This document shows, one piece after another, positions 39,624-49,021 of a DNA stretch of 64,000 nt. The notes beneath the pieces were generated by a model. The model was not told the DNA's origin and ran no database searches. It worked only from the letters and a program-made list of their open reading frames with translations. The stretch lies in NCBI GenBank assembly GCA_000830295.1, contig CP010425.1:480001-544000 (forward strand). Reading direction: 5' to 3'. Position numbers and translations under genes: made by a program. The stretch's first letter is position 1. Every line of letters starts with the position of its first letter. The DNA comes from an archaeon GW2011_AR15. GTDB taxonomy: Archaea > Nanobdellota > Nanobdellia > Woesearchaeales > GW2011-AR15.

Positions 39624-39863
39624 TCAGAACTGCCTGTAATGGTCCTCCATTTTCTTCTTTTTGAGATTCAGGTCTGACCAGTAACTTCCTTTCTTTTTGA
39701 TATCTTTTTCCAGGAACTTTTTCCCGAACAATCTGGCAATCACAGAAGTCAGGCCTACACCAAGAAAGTATACAGGAGTCAGCAGGGTTGAATTTATGAT
39801 TAAAGTGATATTATGCCCGAATTCCTGAAACCCTTTCCTGAATCCCTCTAAAAAACCTTTCAA
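39624..39863 (-). CDS. SxtJ-like membrane protein, C-terminal half
   Basis: ...LLTPVYFLGVG...SYW...YRQF ending. The TTG start at 39863 overlaps the upstream TGA and follows GAGGTG. Confidence 0.7.
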   Translation of the reverse strand: MKGFLEGFRKGFQEFGHNITLIINSTLLTPVYFLGVGLTSVIARLFGKKFLEKDIKKKGSYWSDLNLKKKKMEDHYRQF

Positions 39864-40075
39864 CCGAACCACCTCTTCACTAAAATACCTACAACAGCAA
39901 GAGCAGCAGTGTAAGGCAGAATATTCAGATAGCTCCATGAAAGAGGGAGCTTTTCAAGAAAACTTAATACAAAATATAAGAGAAAAGAGGAAACAAAATA
40001 AGCAGAGATAACGCCGACATATTTTCCCAGCGAGTATAATTTCTGACTTCTTTTAAAATCCATTCTATCTTTCAA
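39860..40075 (-). CDS. Small two-TM protein, possibly the N-terminal half of SxtJ
   Basis: 71 aa, two hydrophobic segments, overlaps both neighbours. Confidence 0.6.
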   Translation of the reverse strand: MKDRMDFKRSQKLYSLGKYVGVISAYFVSSFLLYFVLSFLEKLPLSWSYLNILPYTAALAVVGILVKRWFG

Positions 40076-41003
40076 TTTGTTCCTTAAACCAGGCTATGGT
40101 TTTTCCGAGACCTTCCTCAAATTCAACCCTCGGCTCCCAGCTCAAAAACTCCCTGGCCCGCGATATGTCCGGCTGCCTTCTTGTAGGGTCATCCACCGGG
40201 AGTTCTTTGAATATGAACTCAGATTTTGAATTTGTTAATTTTTTAATCAGTTTTGCTGCCTCAAGCACAGTAAGCTCTTTTGGGTTTCCAAGGTTTTTCG
40301 GGCCGATCTCTTTTGATTTCATCATCTTTACAATGCCGTCAACAAGATCGTCAACATAACAGAAAGACCTTGTCTGGGAGCCATTCCCGTAGATTGTTAT
40401 AGGCTTGTTCTTCAGACACTGGGTAATAAAATTAGGAATCACACGGCCGTCGTCAATCCTCATCCTCGGCCCGTAAGTATTGAATATCCTTACAATCTTC
40501 ACATCAAGCCTGTGCTTTCTGTGATATGCCATAAGCAATGCCTCACCAAATCTCTTGGACTCGTCATAACAGCTTCTTATGCCGACGGGATTCACATTGC
40601 CGAAGTATGACTCCTTCTGCGGATGCTCTTTCGGCTCTCCGTAGGCCTCGCTGGTGCTTGAAAAAAGTATTTTTGCATTCTTTGCGAGTGCAAGCTTTGC
40701 CATCCTGTCTGTCCCGACAGAGTTGGCTAAGGCAGTTTCAACAGGATACTCCTGATAATCTATGGGGCTGGCCCTTGAGGCAAGATGAAAAATCCAGTCT
40801 ATTTTGGCATTCTTTAAATCAAGCCGTTTTATCACATCATGCTTTTTGAATCTGAATCTCTTGTTTTTCCTGAGATGCTCTATATTCTTCAGGCTTCCGC
40901 TGCCGAGATTATCTATGCAGAGGACATCATGCCCGTCCTTCAGCAGCCTCTCACACAGATGGCTCCCTATAAATCCTGCTCCGCCGGTAACAAGGCATTT
41001 CAT
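40065..41003 (-). CDS. UDP-glucuronate decarboxylase (UDP-xylose synthase)
   Basis: GGAGFIGSHL, HLASRASP, STSEAYG, RSCYDESKR, RIFNTYGPRM..DDGRV, QTRSFCYVDD and DDP.RRQPDI motifs. Start at MKCLV. Confidence 0.92.
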   Translation of the reverse strand: MKCLVTGGAGFIGSHLCERLLKDGHDVLCIDNLGSGSLKNIEHLRKNKRFRFKKHDVIKRLDLKNAKIDWIFHLASRASPIDYQEYPVETALANSVGTDRMAKLALAKNAKILFSSTSEAYGEPKEHPQKESYFGNVNPVGIRSCYDESKRFGEALLMAYHRKHRLDVKIVRIFNTYGPRMRIDDGRVIPNFITQCLKNKPITIYGNGSQTRSFCYVDDLVDGIVKMMKSKEIGPKNLGNPKELTVLEAAKLIKKLTNSKSEFIFKELPVDDPTRRQPDISRAREFLSWEPRVEFEEGLGKTIAWFKEQIER

Positions 41004-41150
41004 ATCCGCTAAAGAAACCGGGATTTGTTTTAAGCTTTTTGCTTTTGGAAATTTTTTTTGTGCTTTTTGAGGAGTAACTATCATAGTCCCAAATAGTGGA
41101 AAAATATAAATACTATAGTGTCCTACAAAGGAAAAATGGGTGGTAGGTAT

Positions 41151-44108
41151 ATGAAGAAATTCAGATTTACAACATTATTTCTTATTTTGATAACAATCTT
41201 ACTGGCATTTCTTGTCAATGCAGTTATAAGCAGCATTGTGCTGGTTTCTCCTGCCAACGATACCTGGACAACAGACACCACTCCGGATTTCAGCTATAAT
41301 GCAACCAGCACATCCAATGCAACGGTTCTATGCGAGCTTATTGTAAGCAATGTAGGATATGGCGTGAATGATACAGCAGCCAACAATACAGTGATTACAA
41401 GAACTGCCAATGACACAATAGCAGAAGGTTCACACCTATGGTATGTCAACTGCACAGATACAGATGTGGCAGTTGAAGTGCAGAGCGAAATATGGACATT
41501 GAATATAGATGCAACCGCACCCACTACAACAATAACTTCACCAGCGAACAACTCCTGGGTATCAGACAGTAGCCCAGAACTGCTTGTAAACATGACTGAT
41601 GCTGTTGACACAACCCTTAACTACACGGCATTTGTAGATGGAGGGGCAAATGCAACAGGCACAGCAACCAGCGGCGCAATAACAAGCATAAATTTAACCA
41701 CGCTTTCCGCAGGAACACATACAGTTTTTGTTGAAGCTCTGGATGAGAATGGAAATAATGGGACATCATCAGTATGGACATTAAATATTGACACAACTAA
41801 CCCCACTTCCCAGATAACCTCTCCAACGAACAACGCTTGGACAACAGATACCAGCCCGGAATTTCTCATAAACCTGACAGACACACAGGACAGTGTCCTT
41901 AACTATACAGTATTTGTAGATGGCGGCTCAAACGTAACAGGAACAGCAGATAACAATACAATAACAAGCGTCAACCTGACTGTGCTTGCTAACGGAGCCC
42001 ATACAGTTGTTGTTGAAGCGCGGGACGAGGCCAGCAACAGAGTAAACTCATCAGCATGGACAATAAATATTGATACTGCCAATCCGACAGCGGTCATAAC
42101 AAATCCGCCAAATAATTCGTGGTTAAGCGACGAAACACCAGAACTTCTAATAAATTTGACAGACGCTTTAGACACTGCTCTTAACTACACAGTATTCGTG
42201 GATGGAAGCTCAAATACTGTTGGTAGTGTGCTTAACAATACAATAACAAGCGTCAACCTGACAACATCAATATCAAACGGCACGCACACAATTGAAGTCC
42301 AGGCCACAGACGAGGCTAACAACAGCGCCAATTCCACAGCTTGGACGCTGAACATTGACACTGTCCTTCCTACAGTCTCACAGCTGAATGCTCCGGCCAA
42401 CAACACAAACGTTAGTGACGGAGACACAGTCACATTCAACTTTACCTCATATGATAATCTTGACACAAACTTAAGCTATATACTCTTCCTGAACAAGGTA
42501 GCAAATGAAACAGGATATACAGCAGGCAACAACACCTCAACACAGTTCACAGTATTGCATTTGCAGAACAGTACACTATACAACTGGACAGTGCAGGTAA
42601 CAGATGACGCCTCCAACATAGCCAACTATTCAGGGCTTTACTATTTCAGGGTTGCTGACACCACACCACTGACAACCTTCCCGACACTGGTATCAGCAGG
42701 AGTCAATGATTCAGACTCAGACGGCAACATAGAGATAGGATGGACTGCAGACTCAAACGCATTCTCATACAGGCTTTACAGGAGTGCAACCAATATCACC
42801 AATGCAACTTCCCTGACAGAGATAGCCAATCTTACAGCAACATCGTTTGAAGACAATACAACAATAAACGGCACAACATATTGGTATGCAGTGACTTCCC
42901 TGGATGACACAGACAACGAGAACAAATCCCAGGTATCAGCAAGTTTCAGCGCAACAGCAAATGATACAATAAAACCAAAACTGCCAACCAATGTCAATGC
43001 GACCACACTTTTAAACGGCTCAGTCAATGTAAGCTGGACAGCTCCTGTACAGGATGTCAACGGCGGCGCAGAAACAAACGTGAGCTATAGGGTATTCAGG
43101 ACAACCAATGTTTCATTATTGAATACCAGCTTATCCACAGAGAACATTCGTAACACTACAGAGCTTAACTATATAGATACCACCCTAACAACAGGCACAA
43201 ACTACACTTATGTTGTTACATCCCTTGACGATATGAGCAACTACAACGGTTCAATAGCGTCAGGAAACCAGAAGAACATAGTTCCAAGCGGATGTACAGC
43301 AGAATATAACTACTCAGCATGGGCTGCATGCACAGACGGGGCCCAGACAAGAACAGGTTCAAGAATATGCAGCGGCGGCGACACAACCCTAGTTACAGAA
43401 CAAAGGTCCTGCGGCAGCGGCGGCTCATCAGGAGGCAGCTCAGGCGGCACAGCATCAACAAACCCAACATCAACATACACTAAGCTTTGGGCATCAACAG
43501 CCGCAGGAGAAAAACTGACCCTTGACAGCACAGTAGTTGATGTGGATATAACTGAAGTATCCCTTGTCGTAGGCAAGCAGCTTTACGGGATTAAGATTAT
43601 AATAGAGAAATACTCAGAAAAGCCAACAGGGGTTTCAGAGGGGCCAGCAGGAGAGGTCTACAGCTACCTGAGCATTGATAAGGTAAACTTTGACAACGCA
43701 GATATAACAGGAAAAGTAACCATCAGCTTCAAGGTAAGCAAGGCATGGCTTGAGGAGAACGGCGTAGCCGAAGGAGGCATAACTCTGCTGAGATATGTGG
43801 ATGGCGAATGGCAGGAATTATCAACTTCAGTATCAGACTCAGATGAAGAGTATGTATACTATGAGGCACGGGCAGAAGGGTTCAGTTTCTTTGCAATTGC
43901 AGGAGAGAGAACAGAAGCACCAGTAGAGCAGCCTCAGGAAGAAGAAACTCCTGAAACAGAAAAGCAGCCAGCAGAGCCGGAAGCACCGGCAGAAGGATGG
44001 AAGTGGAACAAGTTCCTTGCTCTAGCCATAATACTGGTCCTGGCAATCGGATTGTTCTACTATCTCTTTGCACATAAGGGACACAGCAGGAAACATCCAA
44101 AGCATTAA
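41151..44108 (+). CDS. Large cell-surface glycoprotein: signal peptide, Ig-like repeats, FN3-like domains, PGF-pre-PGF domain, C-terminal TM anchor
   Basis: MKKF + hydrophobic signal, Thr/Asn-rich repeats, Gly/Ser linker, YYEARAEGFSFFAI, acidic Pro linker, TM helix and basic tail. Confidence 0.88.
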   Translation: MKKFRFTTLFLILITILLAFLVNAVISSIVLVSPANDTWTTDTTPDFSYNATSTSNATVLCELIVSNVGYGVNDTAANNTVITRTANDTIAEGSHLWYVNCTDTDVAVEVQSEIWTLNIDATAPTTTITSPANNSWVSDSSPELLVNMTDAVDTTLNYTAFVDGGANATGTATSGAITSINLTTLSAGTHTVFVEALDENGNNGTSSVWTLNIDTTNPTSQITSPTNNAWTTDTSPEFLINLTDTQDSVLNYTVFVDGGSNVTGTADNNTITSVNLTVLANGAHTVVVEARDEASNRVNSSAWTINIDTANPTAVITNPPNNSWLSDETPELLINLTDALDTALNYTVFVDGSSNTVGSVLNNTITSVNLTTSISNGTHTIEVQATDEANNSANSTAWTLNIDTVLPTVSQLNAPANNTNVSDGDTVTFNFTSYDNLDTNLSYILFLNKVANETGYTAGNNTSTQFTVLHLQNSTLYNWTVQVTDDASNIANYSGLYYFRVADTTPLTTFPTLVSAGVNDSDSDGNIEIGWTADSNAFSYRLYRSATNITNATSLTEIANLTATSFEDNTTINGTTYWYAVTSLDDTDNENKSQVSASFSATANDTIKPKLPTNVNATTLLNGSVNVSWTAPVQDVNGGAETNVSYRVFRTTNVSLLNTSLSTENIRNTTELNYIDTTLTTGTNYTYVVTSLDDMSNYNGSIASGNQKNIVPSGCTAEYNYSAWAACTDGAQTRTGSRICSGGDTTLVTEQRSCGSGGSSGGSSGGTASTNPTSTYTKLWASTAAGEKLTLDSTVVDVDITEVSLVVGKQLYGIKIIIEKYSEKPTGVSEGPAGEVYSYLSIDKVNFDNADITGKVTISFKVSKAWLEENGVAEGGITLLRYVDGEWQELSTSVSDSDEEYVYYEARAEGFSFFAIAGERTEAPVEQPQEEETPETEKQPAEPEAPAEGWKWNKFLALAIILVLAIGLFYYLFAHKGHSRKHPKH
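41517..42365 (+). repeat. Three tandem ~282-nt (94-aa) Ig-like coding repeats, with more diverged copies on each side
   Basis: PT..ITsP.NN.W..D..PE.LiNlTD..D..LNYT.FVDG...WTlNID recurs at 41517, 41799 and 42081; a fourth starts at 42366. Confidence 0.9.
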
Positions 44109-44141
44109 ACTTTTAAACCTTATTCTGTTTTTATTTTATTT

Positions 44142-46136
44142 ATGATACTCGGGAAGATATTCGGCAGAATAACCACAACAGAGTTCCAGTTCATCGTAGA
44201 AAAAGAGACCAGAAAATTCGAGTTTGTCCAGGTACTTCACAAGGTCTATGACTATGTGCTCTGCCAGGTTGTTGAAATAGAAAGGACAGACAGGGATATA
44301 GCCAAGTGCGTTGTCATAGGATATAAAGATGAACAGGGAAGAATCAAGCCGATAAGAATCCCGTTTGACCAGAATTCTGAAGTGCTGAGGGCAGAGGACG
44401 ATTTCATAAAGGAGATAATAAAGCTCGAAGATACAGAAAAGGGAGCATTCATAGGCAGGCTGGAAGGGAAGAATATTGACGTCCATCTGGACCTGACAAA
44501 ACTTCTTACAAAGCATGTTGCAATACTCGCAAAATCAGGGGCAGGAAAATCATATACAGTCGGGGTTCTTGTTGAGGAGATAGTAGACAAGAAAGTCCCT
44601 GTGCTCATAATAGATCCCCATGGAGAGTATTCCAGCCTGAAGCAGCCAAATGAAGAAGAAAAAGAGGAGCTTGCCAAATACGGGCTTGAGCCAAAGAAAT
44701 TTACAAACGTACAGATATACGGGGATACAAAGCTAAATCCGGAGCTAAGGCCGCTCAGGCTCAACAACAACCTCACTCCAGCCGAAATACTCCACCTCAT
44801 TCCGGGAAAGCTTTCAAATACCCAGACAGGCCTTCTTTACAGTGCATTAAAGCACCTTGATACCATCAACTTTACCAATGTCCTGCTTGAGCTTGACAAA
44901 GAAGAAAACAGCACAAAATGGACAATCATCAACAACCTTGAATACCTGAACAACCTTGATATATTTACAGAAAGCTTTACAGCATACAACGAGCTTATCC
45001 AGCCCGGAAGGTGCACCATAATCAGTCTGAAAGGCATTTCTCCCGATGTGCAGGAGATAATTGTCTACAAGCTCATTAAGGACCTTTTTGAGCTGAGGAA
45101 AAAAGAGAAAATTCCGCCATTCTTTACCATAATTGAGGAGGCCCACAACTACTGCCCTGAAAGAAGCTTCGGGGAGACAAGAAGCTCCAAGATACTGAGG
45201 ACAGTTGCGTCAGAGGGCAGGAAATTCGGGCTTGGGCTGTGCATCATAAGCCAGCGCCCTGCCCGCGTGGACAAGTCTGTCCTGAGCCAGTGCACCACCC
45301 AGATAATCCTGAAAATAACAAACCCCAATGACCTCAAGGCTGTCTACAACAGCGTTGAAGGCCTTACAGCAGAATCACAGGAGGAAATAAAGAACCTTTC
45401 AATAGGCACTGCCCTTGTGACCGGAGTCGTTGACATGCCTTTATTTGTCAATATAAGGCCCAGGATGACACAGCATGGCGGACATGCCGCAGACATGCTT
45501 GAGCAGGCAGAGGACAAGGATTTTTTTGAGGAAGTTAAGGAATTCCAGGAATCAGACCTTCTTCCGGTAATAAAGCCGAAAATAACAGTCAAGGACCTCA
45601 AGCTTATGTCTGATAAGGAGATAAAAACTGTCAGTGAAGTGCTTATCCCGGGTTTCCTTTTCTTATGCCAGGAGAAAGACAAGGAATTTAACCTGCTGGT
45701 TGAATCTGCCACCGGAAAAATAATAACAAATGTAGATGATTTTATTACAAAAGAGCTGCCGGATCTTGAGGAGATGACGCCGAACCAGATAAAACTGCTC
45801 CATACATCCTTCAAGCTTAAAAAATTCACTGCAGAGGAACTCTCAAAGCAGGGATTCCCTCTCAGCATTACGAACCAGCTTGATTTCCTGGAAGAGCAGG
45901 GCTACATAGAAAGATCATCCGGAGGCAGCTACATACTTTCAGAAAGATATGTGCTTTCCCAGCTTTCAAAATATGCAAGCTATGCAAAGATTGAATTTCT
46001 CAGTGTAAAGTATGATTCAAAAGAAGAAGCAAAAATGAACGTTGATGAGATAAGGGAAAGGCTCTCAAAATTCACTACATTGAAAGACCAGAGAGAATGC
46101 TGGATACTGAAGCATGATGTCAAGTATGCTGAATAA
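44142..46136 (+). CDS. herA: HerA/FtsK-family ATPase (HAS barrel, DUF87) with a C-terminal winged-helix-like extension
   Basis: HVAILAKSGAGKS, IIDPHGEY, IEEAHNYCP, EGRKFGLG..SQRPA and LSQC motifs. Confidence 0.9.
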   Translation: MILGKIFGRITTTEFQFIVEKETRKFEFVQVLHKVYDYVLCQVVEIERTDRDIAKCVVIGYKDEQGRIKPIRIPFDQNSEVLRAEDDFIKEIIKLEDTEKGAFIGRLEGKNIDVHLDLTKLLTKHVAILAKSGAGKSYTVGVLVEEIVDKKVPVLIIDPHGEYSSLKQPNEEEKEELAKYGLEPKKFTNVQIYGDTKLNPELRPLRLNNNLTPAEILHLIPGKLSNTQTGLLYSALKHLDTINFTNVLLELDKEENSTKWTIINNLEYLNNLDIFTESFTAYNELIQPGRCTIISLKGISPDVQEIIVYKLIKDLFELRKKEKIPPFFTIIEEAHNYCPERSFGETRSSKILRTVASEGRKFGLGLCIISQRPARVDKSVLSQCTTQIILKITNPNDLKAVYNSVEGLTAESQEEIKNLSIGTALVTGVVDMPLFVNIRPRMTQHGGHAADMLEQAEDKDFFEEVKEFQESDLLPVIKPKITVKDLKLMSDKEIKTVSEVLIPGFLFLCQEKDKEFNLLVESATGKIITNVDDFITKELPDLEEMTPNQIKLLHTSFKLKKFTAEELSKQGFPLSITNQLDFLEEQGYIERSSGGSYILSERYVLSQLSKYASYAKIEFLSVKYDSKEEAKMNVDEIRERLSKFTTLKDQRECWILKHDVKYAE

Positions 46137-46138
46137 AG

Positions 46139-47059
46139 ATGGCAGAGAAATCAAATGTAGTGAAAGAAGGGAAACTTGTGCCTTATGACGAATGGTCTTC
46201 TTATATTGACAGCCTAAGAAAAGAAGTTTCAATATTCGCAGCCGTAAAAGACGAGAAAAAAGCAGTAGAGCTGCTGAGGCCATGTTTCACAGAGGCGGTA
46301 AAATCAAGGGTTCCGAAGAAAAAGTTCGGCATATTTTTCTCAGGCGGGGTCGACTCAACCTTAATAGCATATACATGCAAAAAATTCACCAGCGATTTTG
46401 TGTGCTACACAGTAGGTATAGAAGGCTCGAAAGATATTGAATGGTCGACGAGAATAGCCAAAGAGCTTAGGCTGAAGCATGTCAAGAAGGTGCTTACGCT
46501 TAAGGAAGTGGAGGTTCTCTTCGGGAAAATAGCAAAACTTCTTGACGGGGAAGTATATAATGTGGTCAACCTCGGAGTCGGCAGCGTGGTGCTGGCAGCC
46601 ATAGAGCTGGCTGAAAATGATACTGAAAATGATAAGATAAGCACATTCTTCGGAGGGCTCGGGAGTGAGGAAATATTTGCCGGCTACAAAAGGCATGAAG
46701 ATTCCAAGGACATAAATGAAGAATGCTGGCAGGGGCTTAAGACAACATGGGCAAGGGATTTCCAGAGGGACTGTGCAATTGCAGCCAGCAGGAAAGCAGA
46801 ATTCCTTACGCCATTCCTTGACAAAGGGCTTGTTATAGCAGCGATGAGAGTATCAGGAGATTTGAAGATAAATAAAGGCCACAAGAAATACATCCTGAGA
46901 TGTCTTGCAAAGGATATGGGGCTAAAAGATGAATATGCATTCAGGCCCAAGATAGCAGCCCAGTACGGCAGCAGCTTTGACAAAGCAATAATGAAACTGG
47001 CAAAATCCAAAGGACTCAGCCACAAAAAAGAATACCTTGATTTTCTCAAGTCACAATAA
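46139..47059 (+). CDS. Asparagine-synthase C-terminal (PP-loop) domain protein, lacking a glutaminase domain
   Basis: FSGGVDS, GLGSEEIFAGY, RD..RD, TPFLD, KYILR and RPKIAAQYGS motifs. Confidence 0.85.
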   Translation: MAEKSNVVKEGKLVPYDEWSSYIDSLRKEVSIFAAVKDEKKAVELLRPCFTEAVKSRVPKKKFGIFFSGGVDSTLIAYTCKKFTSDFVCYTVGIEGSKDIEWSTRIAKELRLKHVKKVLTLKEVEVLFGKIAKLLDGEVYNVVNLGVGSVVLAAIELAENDTENDKISTFFGGLGSEEIFAGYKRHEDSKDINEECWQGLKTTWARDFQRDCAIAASRKAEFLTPFLDKGLVIAAMRVSGDLKINKGHKKYILRCLAKDMGLKDEYAFRPKIAAQYGSSFDKAIMKLAKSKGLSHKKEYLDFLKSQ

Positions 47060-47195
47060 AGAGAATAACAACCACAAACAAAAGAACGAATAAGAATATA
47101 TTCACCCAGTCGACAGATTTCTTCCCAGAGGTCAGCCTGTGTTTTGAGTTTTTCTTCCTTTCTATGTAGAGACCCTGTCTACTGTATTGCATCAT
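47046..47195 (-). CDS. Small basic protein with a C-terminal TM helix
   Basis: MMQYSRQGLYIERKK...IFLFVLLFVVVILFIVT; TATA-like ATTTAAA ~30 nt upstream. Confidence 0.5.
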   Translation of the reverse strand: MMQYSRQGLYIERKKNSKHRLTSGKKSVDWVNIFLFVLLFVVVILFIVT

Positions 47196-47269
47196 CGTGG
47201 GTAAGCTTTTCAATGTAAATGTCTGTTTAAATATTTTTCTATACAGCAAAACATGTGATGTTTTTGATA

Positions 47270-48523
47270 CTATTCAGCCAGAAGGGGATAGATTTCAGAA
47301 AGCAGATACAAAGAGCCGGTAACTACCAGAATTCCGTCTTTCTTCATGCATTGCCTGAAAGCCCTTTTCGGCTCTCCAGCCACTTCATATTCCCTGTGTC
47401 CAGACCTGCCAAGCCACCTGCCGATATTCTCCGGCTTTTCTGAAAGATTGGCCATATCCTGACTGATAAAAAAAGAGGTTATTGCAATGCTCTCTGCAAC
47501 AGGAAGCATGTGCCTGAGCATGCCTCTGAAATTCTTGCCTTTTTTGAAAGCTATAAGGAAATGGAATTTTTTGCGGGGAAACATTTTCTTAAGTGATTTT
47601 ACAAATGCAGCCATTTTCTGGGGATTATGCGCGCCGTCCAGAACAACTGTTTTTCCGTTAATCTTCCTGGTGTCAAACCTTCCCTCAAACCTGGCAGACA
47701 ACAGGATACTTCCAATCTTTTTCCTGCTGCAGTCAAATCCCTCCCTTCTGCCCAGCATTTCAACAGCCTTTACAGCGAGTGCAGCATTGCTTTGCTGATA
47801 TTCGCCGGCGAGGCCGGTCTTTACCTTGCCTGTTACATAATGCACCACTGCATTTCTTCTCCGGCACGCCATATCAATAACTTTCTTTGCTTCTTCAGGC
47901 TGTACGGTTGATACCACAGTATTATTCTCTTTTATTATGCCGGCTTTCTGTGCCGCAATCTCCTTTATTGTTTTTCCGAGAATATTTGTGTGGTCCAGGC
48001 CTATTTTTGTCAACACAACAATCTTGTCTTTTCCCTCAGCAACATTTGTGCCGTCATAGAATCCGCCCATGCCAGTCTCAATTACAGCATAGTCAACTTT
48101 TTTTTCCCAGAAGATATAATAAGTAAGCCCGGCAAGAACCTCAAAATATGTCAGCCTGCCAAAGCTGCTTTTTCCTGTTTTTCTGATGGCAGGAAGAACA
48201 TCATTGAGATATGAGACAAATTTTTCTTTTGATATTAATCTGTTGTTTATCTGGCATCTTTCCCTTATGTCGCGCAGGTGCGGGCTCAGGTGAAGCCCTG
48301 TCCTGAATCCGAGCTTTGCCAGGATAAGGCTTGCCATATAGGCTGTGCTGCCTTTCCCGGAAGTTCCGGCAATATGGATTATCTTCAGCTTTTCCTGCGG
48401 CTCTCCAAGAAGCTCCAGAAAAAACTTTGTCCTGTCCAGGCCCAACTGCCCCGGAAACTTCTGCGAATCCCGCTTCGGCACAAAATCTAAAAGAAATTTT
48501 TCAGCATCATCAAATGTTTTCAT
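47270..48523 (-). CDS. folC: Folylpolyglutamate/dihydrofolate synthase
   Basis: HIAGTSGKGST, SPHL...ER, TYFE, ETGMGG..D.TN, LDHT..LG, LDGAHNP and VTGSLY motifs. ATGA overlap with the upstream gene. Confidence 0.94.
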   Translation of the reverse strand: MKTFDDAEKFLLDFVPKRDSQKFPGQLGLDRTKFFLELLGEPQEKLKIIHIAGTSGKGSTAYMASLILAKLGFRTGLHLSPHLRDIRERCQINNRLISKEKFVSYLNDVLPAIRKTGKSSFGRLTYFEVLAGLTYYIFWEKKVDYAVIETGMGGFYDGTNVAEGKDKIVVLTKIGLDHTNILGKTIKEIAAQKAGIIKENNTVVSTVQPEEAKKVIDMACRRRNAVVHYVTGKVKTGLAGEYQQSNAALAVKAVEMLGRREGFDCSRKKIGSILLSARFEGRFDTRKINGKTVVLDGAHNPQKMAAFVKSLKKMFPRKKFHFLIAFKKGKNFRGMLRHMLPVAESIAITSFFISQDMANLSEKPENIGRWLGRSGHREYEVAGEPKRAFRQCMKKDGILVVTGSLYLLSEIYPLLAE

Positions 48524-49020
48524 ATTCTGTTGGGCCACGGGAAAGGCTCTTCGCCTTCTTCATATGCAAGCTCTCCGTTTGCCTGCATTGTCTTTACCCT
48601 GCCATCAAGATATTCCTTCCAAACAATGAATTTTCCGTCCTTAAGCTCTCCGATGATGCCGTCGCTTACAACCTGCCTTTTCCCTGTGGCAATCTCAGTC
48701 GTGGCAAACTGCCATTCAACAGCAACATCACTGCCGTCAACAATAATCCTGTTTATGTAGACTTCTGTGTCACTGAAATGCTCCCTGAAATAAATAAGGT
48801 CTTCAAGTGTCTGGTTCTTGTTCAGCCTTCTCCCGGGATATGCAAACACGACATCCTCATGCAGGACGCTGTCAAGAAGCTCCAAATCACTGGTTTTCCA
48901 TGCGTTAGCATGGTCCTGCACAAGTTTTACGGCATACTCTTTCGAATATTCCTTAGTTGTGCATGAGGAAACAAGCATAGCAGCAATAATAAAAACCAAA
49001 AATAAAATTTTCTCTCTCAT
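48520..49020 (-). CDS. NTF2/SnoaL-like protein with a signal peptide (possible lipobox LVSSC)
   Basis: AW...D...L..VLHEDVVF, VAVEW and GKFIVWKEYLD pattern. Confidence 0.75.
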   Translation of the reverse strand: MREKILFLVFIIAAMLVSSCTTKEYSKEYAVKLVQDHANAWKTSDLELLDSVLHEDVVFAYPGRRLNKNQTLEDLIYFREHFSDTEVYINRIIVDGSDVAVEWQFATTEIATGKRQVVSDGIIGELKDGKFIVWKEYLDGRVKTMQANGELAYEEGEEPFPWPNRI

Positions 49021-49021
49021 C

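Noticed and set aside
39855-39870. Frameshift or pseudogene in the SxtJ-like gene
   Set aside because: A clean TTGA stop/start overlap with GAGGTG upstream indicates translational coupling.
37671-40075. Saxitoxin or antibiotic biosynthesis cluster
   Set aside because: Only SxtI/J/K-like genes are present, with no PKS or amidinotransferase; the context is glycosyltransferases.
41294-43576. Series of similar ~90-aa minus-strand ORFs
   Set aside because: Antisense shadows of the tandem repeats in the surface protein gene.
44142-47059. HerA-based anti-phage system
   Set aside because: The HAS barrel and nearby nurA fit the housekeeping repair HerA; there is no Sir2 or nuclease effector partner.
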